Shown here in pieces: positions 37,571 to 50,521 of a stretch of 64,000 nt of DNA; within the stretch, counting starts at the first letter, position 1; each line of letters starts with the position of its first letter. This DNA is from Vicugna vicugna. Lineage: Eukaryota. The position numbers and the translations under genes are program-made. The notes below the pieces were generated by a model. That model had not been told where the DNA came from, made no database searches, and worked only from the letters and a program-made list of their open reading frames with translations. Location of the stretch: positions 6,882,302 to 6,946,301 of the forward strand of contig MU058065.1 of NCBI GenBank assembly GCA_013265495.1, given 5' to 3'.

Positions 37571-38658
37571 CTGAGCTGAGAGCCAGTCTACATGTAGCCA
37601 GGTAAGTAAGCAGGTAGATGGAGAGCAGGACCAGTGCGTGAGTGGATGAAGGATCAGTGAACTCCTTTAGTGCTCCCAACCCTCACCAGTCTTGATCATA
37701 CATGGTGTTTGTCCTGAAGCACTTGGCAAGAGTGACTATGGTCCCTACTTGCCCTCTCCCAGCAGAGAGTGGAGCTGAACAGCGGGGCTCACCCACCCTT
37801 ACTTGTGTCTTTTCTATTGTCCCAGAATGTCAGCCCCGATCCAGGGGGTTTAGGGTGGGGAGAATTTTTCCAGTTTGAAATTTACTCCACATTTATTGAG
37901 CCCCATCTATATGCCTGGCCCAGTGCTAGGGGAAGGGACAGTATAAAAAGCTGCAGAGTTGAACAGGACCTCAGGACCTCCCTTTCTGTCTTTAAGAAGC
38001 AGTTGAATGTGGAGGAGAACAAATCAAAGGAATATTTAGTTCTTCAAGCTGGCAAGAGCTTTCCAAGGGTGGTGGGCTGAGGATTCTAGTTGCACAGAGA
38101 AGAGAGGGGCCATTTTTGAATGCTTTATTATCCAGGGAAGGACATTTTGAGCTGGGCTTTGAAGGATGTATAAGAGTTCACCATTCCAGACCTGCACCTT
38201 GTAGACTCAGAGTCTGTTTGAAGAGTTTGATGCTGCAGGAACAGATCTTGTTAGGGGCAGTGGCTGGAGGTGGAGGCAAGACCAGGTCATGCAAGGTCTT
38301 ATAAGTGTGCTGAGGAGCTGGACAAAGAGTTCTAAGCAGGGGTGTGATGTGATCAGTTTGTACCTGAGAATGGCCTGTGACTCTGCGGATTGAAGGGGGA
38401 CAAGGCTGGTGGGGAGACGGGGCCCAGGGAAGGGTAATTGGCCTGAACTGGTGCAGTGGTCAGGGAGGAAGGCTGAGATTCAACAGCCTCTTTGGACGAC
38501 TAATTACTTAGTAGGGTAAGGAAAGGGAAGAAGGAATTACAGGGAGGAACATGCAGGGAGCAGGGACGGACCCAGGGGACGGCCTCTGGTCTCGATTCTC
38601 AGCATCAGCCTTTGGCTTCTTGCTTTCTGAGGGATCCTATATTTCTGGTTCTGGTTTC

Positions 38659-39201
38659 TGTATTTGTTAGCTGTAACTGTGTAACAAATTACTCCAAGCC
38701 TTAGCAGTTTAAAATAAACACAACATTATTCTCTCATCTAGGTTCTGTGGGTTGGGCATTCATGAGTGGAGGTTTGCCCAGGTAGCTGGGTGGTTTGCCC
38801 ACGTACTCTGGGTGTTTCCTGAAGTTGCAGTCAAGATATCAGCCAGGGCTGTGGTCATCTGAGGGCCTGACAGAGGCAGGAGATTCCACTTCCAAGGTGC
38901 CCCAGTTGTGTGCCAGCCAACTTGGTGCTGGCTGGTGGCAGGAGAGCTCAGCTGTTCACCACATGGCCCTCTCTACAAGGCTGTTTGAATGCCCTCGCAA
39001 CATGGTAACTGACTTCTCCCAGAGTGAGTGATTCAGGAGATGAAGGCTGAAGCCACCAGTAACTTGGATGAGAAGCCATCCACCGTCAATTCTGCAATAG
39101 CCGATCAAACAGCCCTGTGCACTGTGGGAGGGAGCTGCAGGAGGGTGTGCACACCAGGAGGCCAGTCACACTGGGGGCCACCTTGGAGGCTGGATGCCGC
39201 A
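38659..39201 (-). mobile_element. Old MLT1 (MaLR) solo LTR
   Basis: gtgtaacaaattactcca...gggctgtggtcatctgagggcctgac...ccacttccaagg...ggggccaccttggaggctgg. Confidence 0.75.
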
Positions 39202-39889
39202 ATTTTCCTTTCTGTAACACAGCTGAATGTGCCGTTAAACTGGAAGTGAGAAGCCAACCAAATGGCATGTTTTAAATTGCAGCAAGAGGGATGCAAGTTA
39301 GAGAGTAGGAAATACCGCCCTACGGGAGAATACCTGAGACAGGTGACTAAGATTGCAAAGGAGCCTTCCCTGGAGGGGACTCGGGGCAAGAGGGTTTCCT
39401 TGCAGTTGGGAGCAGGTGATTTTAAAGGTGTAAAAATCCATGGGGGCTTGGCCATGCCTGCGCTGCTTAGAACCTGCCACTTGAATTCAGTTTGCTGAGC
39501 TGTCTTCTGGGCTGGGGGCTGGGGGCAGTTTTCCTTGCTCCCCGCTGTAGAGCTTTCAAGGACAGGCTCTGCATTCCAGCACGTAGGAGCACTCAGCACA
39601 TTGTACTGAACTTGCCCGATGATTTCCCCATCTGCCCTCCACTCAAGGGCGTTTATTGAGTGTCTGCCCACTGTGTGACAGGCAGGGCTGCCCTGAACAG
39701 TCATGCAGGCCACTCACTGCCAAGGGCGCCCGGCCGCCTGCAAGAGCACTGGAATCAGCCCATGCGTTGCTTACCAAGCCATGCATTCAGATTCAGGGCT
39801 GGGTCCACCTGGAGAAAGGGCATCTTCTGCCATTCTCACAAAGACACTGTACTCAGTTGTGTGTCCACCAGGTTGGTCTGCTCAGAGGG

Positions 39890-40310
39890 TAGGACTTTTT
39901 CTAATTTTCACATGGGTGCTATTTGGTGCTGTGGGCCTGGAGCAGACCCTGTTCTAGCTGCTGGGGATACAGTGTGAATGAGGCAGGCATACTCTCTGCC
40001 CTCATGAATCTAGCGTAGGGAGATGTACTATATATAAGGGAGCAGGCATTACCCAAGATGACTTGCAATTGTGAGCTGCGCTAACAGAATTTTATTAGGA
40101 TGCTGCTGAGAAAAAATGATGGGAGAACCTACTGTAATTTGGATGGTCAGGGAAAGAGATGGCTTTCAGTGGATTCTAGAAGTAGAAGGATATGGTTGGG
40201 TGAACAATGGAGAGCTGGGGTGAGAGAGAGTGTTCCAGGCAGCCCAAAAAGCAAGTGCAAAGGCCCCAAGGTAGGAAAGAGCTTGGTACATTCTGTGAAC
40301 ATCAGGAGTA
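39890..40310 (-). mobile_element. L2 LINE relic
   Basis: gctggggatacagtgtgaatgagg...tgccctcatgaatcta...gtgttccaggcag...agcaagtgcaaaggcccc. Confidence 0.6.
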
Positions 40311-41654
40311 TGAACTATGATGCTGGAGGGAGATGGGAGTCCTGGCTCTCACTGTGCTCCTAGTGTCTAGAACTAGGGTTGGGAGGCCTGGAGTGGACAC
40401 TTAGGGATGGATTTTGATTGAATATGAGACATTGAGGGGAGGGTTGTGATTCAGGAAAAGGCCGAGAGTGGGGTGAGGATGATTAAATGGGGGTGAAAAT
40501 AAAATTCAGGGATGATCTTCAGTCAGGTCAACTCAGCAAACATTTACCAAGCCTCTGCTGTGTACTAAGTCCTCTGTGTGTGTGTGTTTGATACAGAGGG
40601 AGATAGAGACCAAGCCAGGAGGTCCCTTCCTTGAAGGAGCCCATAGCTGTAGGAACCAAGTTGGTGGCAGGAAACGTGCACTCTGTGGTGACGCCTTCAA
40701 GGAGGTAGGGAACAGCGAGAGAGGCCTTGAGAGAAGGGGCCCAGGACTTATTCCTGAAGACCCAGCATTTGATTAGCAGAGGGAGAGGAAAGGTTCCCCT
40801 AGTCTGAGGGCAGTGGCCCAGTGGGGCGCCTGCCTGGCTGGGAGGGCCTTCCAAGCTCAGGCCACATGGCCTGAGGCTTTCTCAATTCCACATTCCATGG
40901 CCAGAAAAGAAGACATAGTGGGTGGGGCTGGGAAGGCTGCTGGTGTCAAAGTGGACCCACCCTTAGGAGCCGAGTTGCCACCTGGGGGTGGGTCAGCGAG
41001 AGAGAAGCAGAAAGGCTAGACAGATGGGCATGACTTGACTTGGGTGGCCGGGGGTGGAGAAGTCCCTGAGCTGGGCTGTGTGGCTGGTGGGGTCAGGAAA
41101 GCCTTGCTCAGCACTGGCTGAGTCACAGGCCTGAGCTGGGGCCAGAACTAGGTTCTGGGAGAACAAGATCCGGCCAAGGTCACATCCCAGACTCCTCCCA
41201 GTGTGCCTCCCGGTGTCTCCTGAACCCTACTCCACAGACAAACCAGCAGGCTTAGCGCAGGGAGCCCTGGGGCCTCCATCTGTGCCTCTGTCTCCCCTTC
41301 TGTGTTCCACTGGGAATCTGGTTGGAAAGGAGTTGGGGTGACTGTAGATCCAAGAGGCAGGGCAGCTGACCGTGGCCCGGAGCTGTGAGGATTTGGGGTT
41401 AGGGCTGTTCTTTCATAGGTGCCCCGGCCCACCTGCCTCAGCCAGCCCTGGGCAATCCATAAGGTCAAGCCAGTGCAGAAGCTCTTATTAGGGGACCCCC
41501 TCACCCCAGCTGCAGGACCTGGTGGGAGGGGACCACCAAACTCCTGGGTGGAGGGCCCTGGGGGTAGGGTGGGCAGGACTGGGACATTCCAGGCTGAGGG
41601 AACCCCATAGGAAATTTGATTCCAGCTTCTGTTAGTGGAAGGGCGGAGCAAGTC

Positions 41655-41655
41655 A

Positions 41656-41686
<31 letters not shown>

Positions 41687-41925
41687 TTCAACACAAAGTT
41701 TGTGAGTCTGTGTCCACAAGTCTGTCAGGCTGTACTCCGAGGGTCTCCCATGAACGTGTGTGTGCTAGTGACCCCAAGTCAGAGGTTTCTTCTTGGCCTG
41801 TGCGTGCGTCTGTGAGGCTGGCTGTATGTGCTGTGTGCACGTATGGACGAGTGTGTGGACGTAAATGGTTCTTGGTGAGTGTCTGTGTGTGTGTATATGT
41901 ATGTAAATATGTATGTGTGTGTGCA
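41655..41925 (+). repeat. (GT)n and GT-rich low-complexity tract
   Basis: tgtgtgtgtgtgtttgtgtgtgtgtgtgtg at about 41656-41686 and further gtgt/gtat runs to about 41922. Confidence 0.85.
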
Positions 41926-42049
41926 CCGGGCCTCCCCTGGATCATGAATTGGGTCTGTGTATCTCTCTAGGGTGGGAGGGGGAGTGAGAGTGATCGTGGT
42001 TCCCGGGTGCCGGCTGACTGTCTAGTGTGTAAGGGAAGGTCCCCTTAGT

Positions 42050-42950
42050 CCTTGCTATTCCCTGCTCGGCTGGCAAAGGGCCTGGGTCCTGGCCACCTCT
42101 GCCCCTGTTAAGGATCCAGAGGCCGAGTGGGTCCGCGGCTCTCCCGCTGCTCCTCCCACCTTCCCGCGCCCGCCGGAGGGGCTCGGGCAATGGGGGCTCG
42201 GCGCCTCCCGGGGCCCCGCGGGTCCACAGTCTCCAGCGTTCCCGCCCCGCAGGCTTCGAGGAGCTGCCGCAGCCCCCCGCCCCCTCCTCTCTCCTTCCCT
42301 CCTTCGCTCCGTCCCTCCTTCCCTCCCGAGCGCGGGTTGCGGGCGGGGGTGGGAGGAGATTTCGCCGGAGTTTCCATTTCATACCTCGCGGCTAAACTTT
42401 CTTTCTGTGTCTCGCCCTCTTGCAGTCTGCAGCTTCTCCTGTCATCGGAAATGCCAGGCCAAGGTAAGGGGCTGTGGGCCGGCTGGCCCCGCGGCGGGGT
42501 TGGGGACGAGACTATCTTGGGGTCCCGGGACTGGAGCGGGGGCGACGGCGGGCCGGAGGCGGTGCCCTGATCGTCCCCTCCTTCTCTCTTTGTTTATGCA
42601 AAGCTTCTGGGCCCAGGAGCGGGCTCAGGTCAAGGTGAAGGCGAGGGCCGGTGGGCAGTGGGAGGAGGGGCGCAGCGAGGGGCATGGGGGGCGCGGCACG
42701 CTGTCTCTGCGGCTACTGGAGGTGGCTGGTGGGGACCGAGATCCGGGAGAAGGGCCTTTGAAGGTATTTCCCCTAGTTCTCTAGGCGGGTGGGGATATGG
42801 AGGGGGAGAGGGGTGCATTTCATTTACCCTGTGGACCGCGCAGAGTCCTAGTCGGCCAGATTTGGCCAGCAAAGGAAAACGCGGGATGGGGCCACAGCCG
42901 TAGGACCTCGAGGGCAGGCGAAGGGGATGGGTAGGAGTGGGGGGGGGGGA
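42050..42950. promoter_or_regulatory. Intragenic CpG island surrounding the 38-nt exon
   Basis: Very high GC and CpG density with GC boxes (ccgccc, gggcgg) on both sides of exon 42426-42463. Confidence 0.85.
42426..42463 (+). CDS. TNS1: Tensin 1 38-nt exon, second part of C1 domain ((V)CSFSCHRKCQAK), phase 1 to 0
   Basis: Acceptor ctcgccctcttgcag| at 42425 and donor AAG|gtaagg at 42463/42464. Phase matches the previous exon (G+TC = Val). Continues the C1 pattern C-x4-H-x2-C. Confidence 0.95.
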
Positions 42951-44849
42951 CGTTGAAAAAGGTCAGAGGTCAGGGTCGCTCTGGGCCTGGACCCTCCTAA
43001 GCAACCATCCCACTCTCTTTATTGGCGGGGGTCCCAGTTTGGTCCTCAGTTTCTTGGTCAGTGCTTCCTGGCTCGTCTTAGTGGAAGAGGAAAACGGAGG
43101 CAAGAAGCCTCCAGAGGGATTGCTGGGTCCTGGTTGGCCAGGTTGGCTGGTCCCCTAATGCATCCTCTCAGGCCTGGACAGAGGAGTTATGGACCAGCTG
43201 GTGGCAGCCTCTTGGAGTAAAGGGTTGGCAGGGGGAGGGAGGGATGACACCAAGATGGATTGTGATGAATCATTTGGGAAGGAAATTGTTCTGTCAGATG
43301 CGCTCAGCTCCCTGGAGGTGGAAATGCCCTGCCTTAACCTTTCCTATGCAGCCAGTCTCTGCACTGTCCCCCATTGTTGCTAATATCCTCCCTGCCCTCT
43401 CACCCCTACCTTTGCTGTTCAGTTCAGTGAGTGGAATGGGGGTTGGGGGGAGAATACTTCAAAAAGGAACTTTGAGCAGTTGAGCCCCAGTGTCTGGTAC
43501 ATCTCATGCTCTGCATCTTATTGGCTGGATGACCTTGGGTAAGTCATGTAGCGTCTCTGAGCCTCTGTTTCATTCTCCAGGATATGGGAATAAGACAAGA
43601 TTATTATGAGGATGAGATGGGTTAATGTGTGTGACACACGATAGTTGCTCAGAGACACAGCAGGTAATTGACTGTTATCAATCAGTAGCTCTGAGGGTCA
43701 AGTGTTACCCTGGAGAAGGGTGCTGATGGAGCAGACAGGTCTGAGAGGAATCCACTTTCTCCTGTGTGACCTTGCTCAAGTAAAGTACACAGCTTTGCTG
43801 GGAGTGTCTCCCCATCTGGAAAGTCTGTTCTCCCAACAGAAGTGCAAAGGGCCCAGCTCATGGTGGCCACATCTGGACAGTTCCTTTCCCTTCTGTTGTT
43901 GTCTGCTTTTCTGACTCTCTCAGCCTTTTCTTCTCCAGGTGGGGAGTGAGTTTCTGCTTCTCCCTCCATCTCCCTCCTGGTTCTCTTCATCCAGAGCAGA
44001 GTTTTCCACCCTTAACCTCAGAACCTTCCAGTGCTCTTTCTCCTCCCCAGTCTACCCCACCCCCCTTCCTGCACCTGCTTCTCTCAATAACAATGGACAT
44101 TTGTACAGTGCTGTAGGCCTTAGAAAGCACTTCAATGCATTATCTGATTTTATTCTTTTAATTCTATCAGAGCATAAAACAGGCCGAAAGAGCCCGTTGT
44201 TTTTCAGATAAGGGAACTGAGGCACCCAAAGTTTGAATGACTCTCCTAAGTTCTCACAGTATAATTCCTCACCCATCTCTGTCCTTGGGCCTTTGTGCTT
44301 CCTTCTAAATGCTCTTTCTTGCCTATGGACAGACATTCCTTGATCCTTACCTGCCCTTCCATCTCTTGCAGCAGTGGATACAGTTAGAGAAGGATCTGAG
44401 TAGGGTGAGTGGGGAGTCTGGAGAGGCTGAGAGGTGTGACAGAAGGTGGCTCTTTGTTGTACAGCAGCCTCCTGTGTGGAGGCAGAGGGATGCCCAAGTT
44501 GACTTCTTGGGGATGTAGCCTGTCTGGCAATTCGCACATATGCTGGGGGTTTGAATGCACCAGGCTGCAGCAACCCTGTTGTACTCAGCCAAGAAGGCCA
44601 ACCCAGAGCACCTTCCAGACTTGCAGGGCAGTGGTCAGACAGATGGGGCTTTTTGTAGGATTTTCCTCTGTAGGAAGTGAGACCCACTGGTAGTATGAGC
44701 TCCACCCAGCTGGCAAGTCTCTCCCCTGAAACCACAGCTCTTACTCCCGCCCTGCCTTTTCCTCCTGCAGGGAAAGGGTGATGTGAGCCCTAGAACACAC
44801 AGCGGAGCTCTGGACTTGAAGGTCCTTTCATCCATCCCCCTGTCTCATC

Positions 44850-45520
44850 GAAATGCATTAAACAAATTTTTTTTGAGCTCTTTCCAAGTTCCAGACACTA
44901 TTATTGGTGAACAAGACAGAGAAGGCCTTTACCCTCATGGGGCTGACATTCTAATAGGATAGACAGTAAATAGGCAAACAAGTTATGAAGAAAATGAGCT
45001 AGGGTGGTAGGTTAGAGAGTGATTAAGCTGAGTGGCCCAGGAAAACTCCTCCAAGGAAGTGCTGTGTGAAGTGAGACCTCAGTGATGTTACGTGATGATT
45101 TGAGATTGAAACAGCCAGTGCGAAGGCCCTGAGGTGAGATGAGTGTGTCATGCTTGAAAGAAGGCCATGTGGCTGGAGACTAGCGAGTGCTGGAGAGCTT
45201 TGAGCATGAGAGACATGATCTAGCTTCCTCTTTGAGAAGGCCACTCTGGCCTTGAGCAGTCCAAAAGGGTAGGAGCAGGGAGATGGGCCAAGAGGCAGCT
45301 GATATTGCCCAGTTGAGAGAGGCTGGTGGCTGAGTCCAAGGCACTCACAGGAAAGACAGTGGGAAGGGACCAAGCCTGGGATGCATTCTGGGTTGTGCCC
45401 AGAGCCTGGCTGGTGGATGGGATGTTGGGTGCGAGAGAGAATGGGCTCAAGGATGACTCCCAGGTTTTTGGCCAGAGTCACCGGTACATGTGGTTCCATT
45501 TACTGAGTTAGATGAAGTGT
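44850..45520 (-). mobile_element. L2 LINE relic
   Basis: aacaaatttttttgagc...gtgaacaagacagag...ccctcatggggctgacattcta...caaggatgactcccaggtttttggcc. Confidence 0.7.
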
Positions 45521-45751
45521 GTGAGAAATTTCTAGGGAAGAAGGTGCCAGGATTTCTGCTTTGCTTGGTCTCTTATTTCTCAGTTCTTCTCTCCCACACT
45601 GGGGGTTTCTTGCTGATGTTGATCCTCTCCTGTCCTCTCAAATTCAGCTCACTCTGGCCACCCGTCTAGAAAGTGACTGGTTCTGGATACTTACACATAT
45701 CACCTTCCAGACTGTTCCTGCAGCATGAACCCATAGCTCTGAGAGGGGCTC

Positions 45752-46276
45752 TATTATTTATATGTCACAATACGGTATAACAAATTACCCCTAAATTTAG
45801 TAGCTTAAAGCAGTAACACACAGTTTCTGTGGGTCAGAAACTTGGGAGTGGCTTAGTTGGCTGGTTCTGGCCTCGGGTCTCTCATGGGGTGGCAGTCAAG
45901 ATGTCAGCTGGGGCTGTAGTCATCTGGAGGCCTGATGGGCTGGAGGATCTGCTTCCAAGGTGGTTTTTTCATGTGGCTAGCAAATTGGGGCTGGCTTTTT
46001 GCAGGACGTCTCAGTTTCTTGCCACACAGACTTCTCCATCAGGCTGCTTCATGTCCTTACAACATGGCAGCTGGCTTCCTGAGAATGAGTGATTCAAGAA
46101 AGAACAAGGTGGAAGCCACATGTCCTTTATATCCTACCCTTGAAAGACAAATACTATTTCTCCAATATACTATTGGTTACCCAAGTCAGCCCCACTGAGT
46201 GTGGGAGGGACCTATATAAAGACACGAATACTTGGAGGCAAGAATCATTGGGACCATTTGGAGGTGGACTACCACA
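45752..46276 (-). mobile_element. Old MLT1 (MaLR) solo LTR
   Basis: ataacaaattacccctaaatttagtagcttaaagc...gggctggaggatctgcttccaagg...gggaccatttggaggtggactaccaca. Confidence 0.78.
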
Positions 46277-46869
46277 GACGTCCAGAGAGAGAGCAAAACT
46301 GATTTGGCTCTTGGGAGGTCTCAAGAGTGGTGGGAAGGGCAGGGACATAGGAATTAAACATACCCAGGTTTGAACTCTACCCCTGCTGCCTTCCATCTGT
46401 GTGAGCTGGGTTGTAGAGGATTGAATGCACACTGGCACATAGTAGGTACCTTCTCCTTTCTTGGAACCATAGGTGAAACTGGAAAGGAGCCCAGATATTC
46501 TATGCCCCGTTCTTTGCCACTTGGACTTGCTTGAGAGAAAATGCTCAGTACCGGTAGAGGAGGGGCCATAGCACCCAGCTCATAGTAGGTGTTGAACACA
46601 TGTTTATTGCACTTGCGAGGGTTGAGAGATACGTTGTGCCCTCAGTTTATAGAATAGTGCTTGGGCCGTATTAGAGGTTCCAGTGAATGAGTAAAAGAGT
46701 GGAATAAAGAAATGTTGAGAAACAAGAAGTTCTTATGTAGAGAGAGAGGCTGATGGGTGGATGGGAGCAGGAAAGAAGGAGCAGAGAAACCATTTTAAAA
46801 TTCCCCTTCAAAAAGCTCTCCTACCTCCTGACACAGAGATGCTCCAAATAATAAATCTAGACGTTTACA

Positions 46870-47310
46870 TTTTCTAGTTGGCGGTATAACTCATATACCA
46901 TAAAGTACATAAGTGGATAAATTTGTACATATATATGAGCCAGATCAAGAAGATCTGGAACATTTCTAGTACCCCAGAAACAGCCGTTATGTTCCCCCTA
47001 CCAATCAATAGCCCCCACAGGTAATTGCCAGTCTTACTTGTACCATCAAAGGCTAGTTTTGCCTGTGGATGAACTTCATATAAATTGAATCATGCAGTAT
47101 GTTTACTTTTGTGTCTGGCTTATTTCACTCAGCGTTATGTCTGGGAGGCTCATTGGTGTTCTAGTGAGTGGCAGTGGTCCATTCTTTTTTATTGCTATGT
47201 TGTACTCCCATAGGTGAATTAACCACAATTTATTTATCCATTCCATTGTTGATTACCATTTGGGTTATTTCCAATTTGGGGCTATTATGAACAGACCTGC
47301 CATGAACATT
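46870..47310 (-). mobile_element. Old L1 3' UTR fragment
   Basis: gaacttcatataaattgaatcatgcagtatgtttacttttgtgtctggcttatttcactcagc...ttccaatttggggctattatgaac. Confidence 0.8.
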
Positions 47311-48589
47311 TAATCACCTGTGTCTCCACTGAACTTTGTAATACACAGAACATTTCCTTTCACTTCTCGGTTCTGTAAGAGAGCCCACTTTATAGATCCA
47401 ATGGGGGAGGCCCAGGTAGGGTAACCAATTTGGCTAAGGGCACCTTGGCACAGTGGCTTTCTGGCACTGCCCTGGGATAGATGGAGGGGGAGCAGATGAG
47501 AAGAGGAGTAGACCAAGAGCGAGCGTGAGCCAGAGGAACAGATGAATAGAGAGAAGGGGCTGGTTCAGGCACTGACAGCTCACTGTAGTTCATGGAAACC
47601 CCACTCTCCAGCCATCCCCCTAAATCTCTTGAAGGAAGCAAATTCTAAGCCTCCTTTAGTCCCTACCCTTATGTCTCATAGGGGTCCTTATTTGTTCCCA
47701 ATTGTTTCTCTCCTGTTGAGGATTTAAAATGAACGGCCCAGGATTTGCCTTCCACTTTATTTGAGCACATGCACGGTGTGTATATACACAGCAGATTTTC
47801 TTCTGTTTTGCTTTTCTCCTCACGTGCCTGCTATACGGTTCCACAACCTCCAGATTCATTGTATTCATTTACATTTTAATTTATTGTTTTAAAGGAGATT
47901 TTAAATTTTGTGGTAATTTTACAGTTATGGAAAAGTTGCAAAGATAGTACAGAGAGTTCCTGCAGAGCCCACTCCCAGTTTCCCCTAACCCCCCATGTGT
48001 GTTTGAGAAACCCTCTTTTCACTCCTCGTTTGCCCACTTGTTTTGAAATAGCAGTCCCAGCTGACAAGGGCAGCTCCTTCCAGCAAAGTGCTTGGTGTCC
48101 ATTCCAGGTCAGATAAGAGATGAAAGGACCAGGTAGCTGCTGGGCAGACAGATTGCGCAGGCCTGCACCTCAGCCTCCGGGCAGAACCTTCTCACCTCGC
48201 TTTTAGCCTTTTGCTCTCTGCTGCCCTCCTCCCAGCTGGGCACTTCCCTGCCCTGAGTACCCAGGGGGTTGAGAAGTAGTGCGTGAAGGGAGGAGGCGGC
48301 AGCTATGACTTGGTCTCCTTCCCTGTACCAGAGGGGTTTAAATCCCATCCTTTAAGCTTGAAAGGAAAGGAAATCCCATAATTAACCCCCATCTTTCAAT
48401 CACATTACACATCACCTTTCCCGCTCTCTCATAAACACACCTGCAGCCTCCCGTCACAGTTGTGTTGGAGGCTTGTTGTGGCCTCCTGCTACCGGGATAG
48501 CCGGGTAGTGGGAGGAGGTTCTTGGCCCCAAGACCCATCCATTGCTCTAAGCCCAGCGGAGGGTTTAAATTCTTTGCTCTTGGAGACAT

Positions 48590-48785
48590 ACTTTTGAATT
48601 TAAATGCTGACTATAGCCATAACTGGCTGTGTGACTTTGGGCAAAGTACTTTACCTCTCTGAGCCCCCGTTTCCTCATCTGTAACATGGGAATTATACTA
48701 ACACTTATTCTGTAGGGCTCTATGAAAAACCAACTAAAATGCCAAGCTCAAAATTCAGTGGTCAAAAAGTTGCTAATATCATTTT
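48590..48785 (+). mobile_element. MIR SINE
   Basis: ggctgtgtgactttgggcaaagtactttacctctctgagcccccgtttcctcatctgtaacatggg. Confidence 0.75.
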
Positions 48786-48997
48786 GTGTTCCTCCTGCCT
48801 TCTTCTAACTCACAAAAGGTGAGGAGAATCTGAGAGACCAACCAAGCTTGCTGAGGGCACTGGTGTCAAACAGGACTAGATACCTGCGTGAGCCTTTCTT
48901 CTCTTCTCCCTCTCCGTTATCAAGGAGGAATGAGGAAACCACGCTGGCGAATATGTCTTTTGCTTGTTTGCTTGCCTCAGGGCCCCCGAGATCCATA

Positions 48998-49832
48998 GCA
49001 GTGGTTTCCAGACCTTGTTTGTACATTAGAATCACTAGGGTGCTTTAAAAATACTCATGCCTGGGTCCTCCTCCCCAGGGATTCTGATTTCATTGGTTTG
49101 GGGCATGATCTGGGCATTGGAGTTTTTGCAAGTGGCAACCAGGGGTGCGAGGGTACATTGGTACAACCTTTCTGGAAAACAGTTTGACTGTTCCTTTTAT
49201 AAAGATAAACATACTTGCCCTCTGACCCAGCAATTCCACTCTAAGGTATTTACCCAAGAGAAATGGAGACATGTCCACAGAAAGGCTTGTATGAAAATTC
49301 ATAGCAGTTTTATTCACAATTGCCCCAAACTAGAAAAACCTGAATATTCAAAAACAGGTGAAGGGACAATTTGTGATCTAAAGGTCCAGTGGAATACTAC
49401 TCGGTAATAAAAATGAGTGAACTATTGTTACCTGTAGCATCATGGATGAATCTCAGAAATACTGTGCTTAGTGAAAGAAACCAGATGGAAAGGAGTACAT
49501 GCTAGATGGCTCAATTTTAATGAAATTCTTGACAAGGCAGAACTATCATGACAAAAAGCAGATTAGTAGTTTCCTGGAACTGGGGGTGTATGGTGGGAAG
49601 ATTGACTGCAAAAGGGTGCAAGGGAACTTTTTTGAGAGTGATACAGATTCTCTTTATCTTGATTGTGGTGGTGGTTATCCAGAGTGTATATATATATACG
49701 TATATTTGACAGACTCACTGAACTATATACTTAAAAGGGATGCATTTCTTATATATAAATTACATCTCAATAATGTTGATTTAAATGAAAGCTTCCCAGG
49801 TGAATTTGCAGCCGAATTTGAGAACTGCTGGT
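48998..49832. mobile_element. MER5A-like hAT DNA transposon relic split by an L1 fragment
   Basis: cagtggtttcc...cattagaatcactagggtgctttaaaaatac...gattctgatttcattggtttgggg (48998 to about 49130). Resumes as aagcttcccaggtga...tttgagaactgctg (about 49788-49832). Confidence 0.7.
49140..49785 (+). mobile_element. Old L1 (L1MC/L1ME-like) 3' fragment
   Basis: tgacccagcaattccactctaaggtatttacccaagagaaatgg...catggatgaatctcagaaa...tataaattacatctcaataa. Confidence 0.85.
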
Positions 49833-50521
49833 CTGCAGCTTCTGAAGACCCATCTCTGTCCTTGCTGACTTGGTGAGCACCCGGCACAGCGCCAAGTGTG
49901 TAATAGAGCTTTCTGTGGTCAAGCGCTTACTCTTTTTAAAAAATAACAACTTTATTGAGATGTAATTCACATACCATACAGTGCACCCATTTCAAGTATA
50001 CAATTCAGTGTTTTTTTGTGTATTCAATATTGTGCAGCCATCGCCACGGTCAATAGTACAACATTTCATCACCTTGAAAAGAAACCCTAACTGTCCCTCT
50101 TCAATCCCTCTCCCCTAGCCCCAGCCCTAAGCAACCACTAATCTGCTTTCTGTCTCTTCAGAATAGTTCCCTATTCTGGAGATTTCATAGAAATGGAATA
50201 ATAGAATGTATGTTATTTCGGGTTGGCTTCTTTCACTTAGCATGCTTTCAAGGTACATCCTTTTTTATGGCCACATAATACTCTGTTGTAGCAGTATACC
50301 ACATTTTGTGTATCCATTTATCAGCTGATGGACATTTGAGTTGTTTGCACCTTTTGGTTATTGTGAATAATACCACCATGAATATTCATGTACAAGTTTT
50401 TGTGTGGGCATATGTTTTTACTTCTCTTGGATATGCAAACCTAGGAGTGGAATGACAGGGTCATATCATAACTCTACATTTAACTTTTTGAAGAACTGCC
50501 AGGCTGTTTTCCAAAGTAGTT

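Noticed and set aside
42428..42432. Second TGCAG acceptor 7 nt inside the 38-nt exon
   Set aside because: Using it would shift the frame; the first AG restores the C1 pattern exactly.
42127..42570. 147-aa ORF through the CpG island (MGARRLPG...)
   Set aside because: It is in a different frame from the C1-coding exon and has the composition expected of translated GC-rich DNA.
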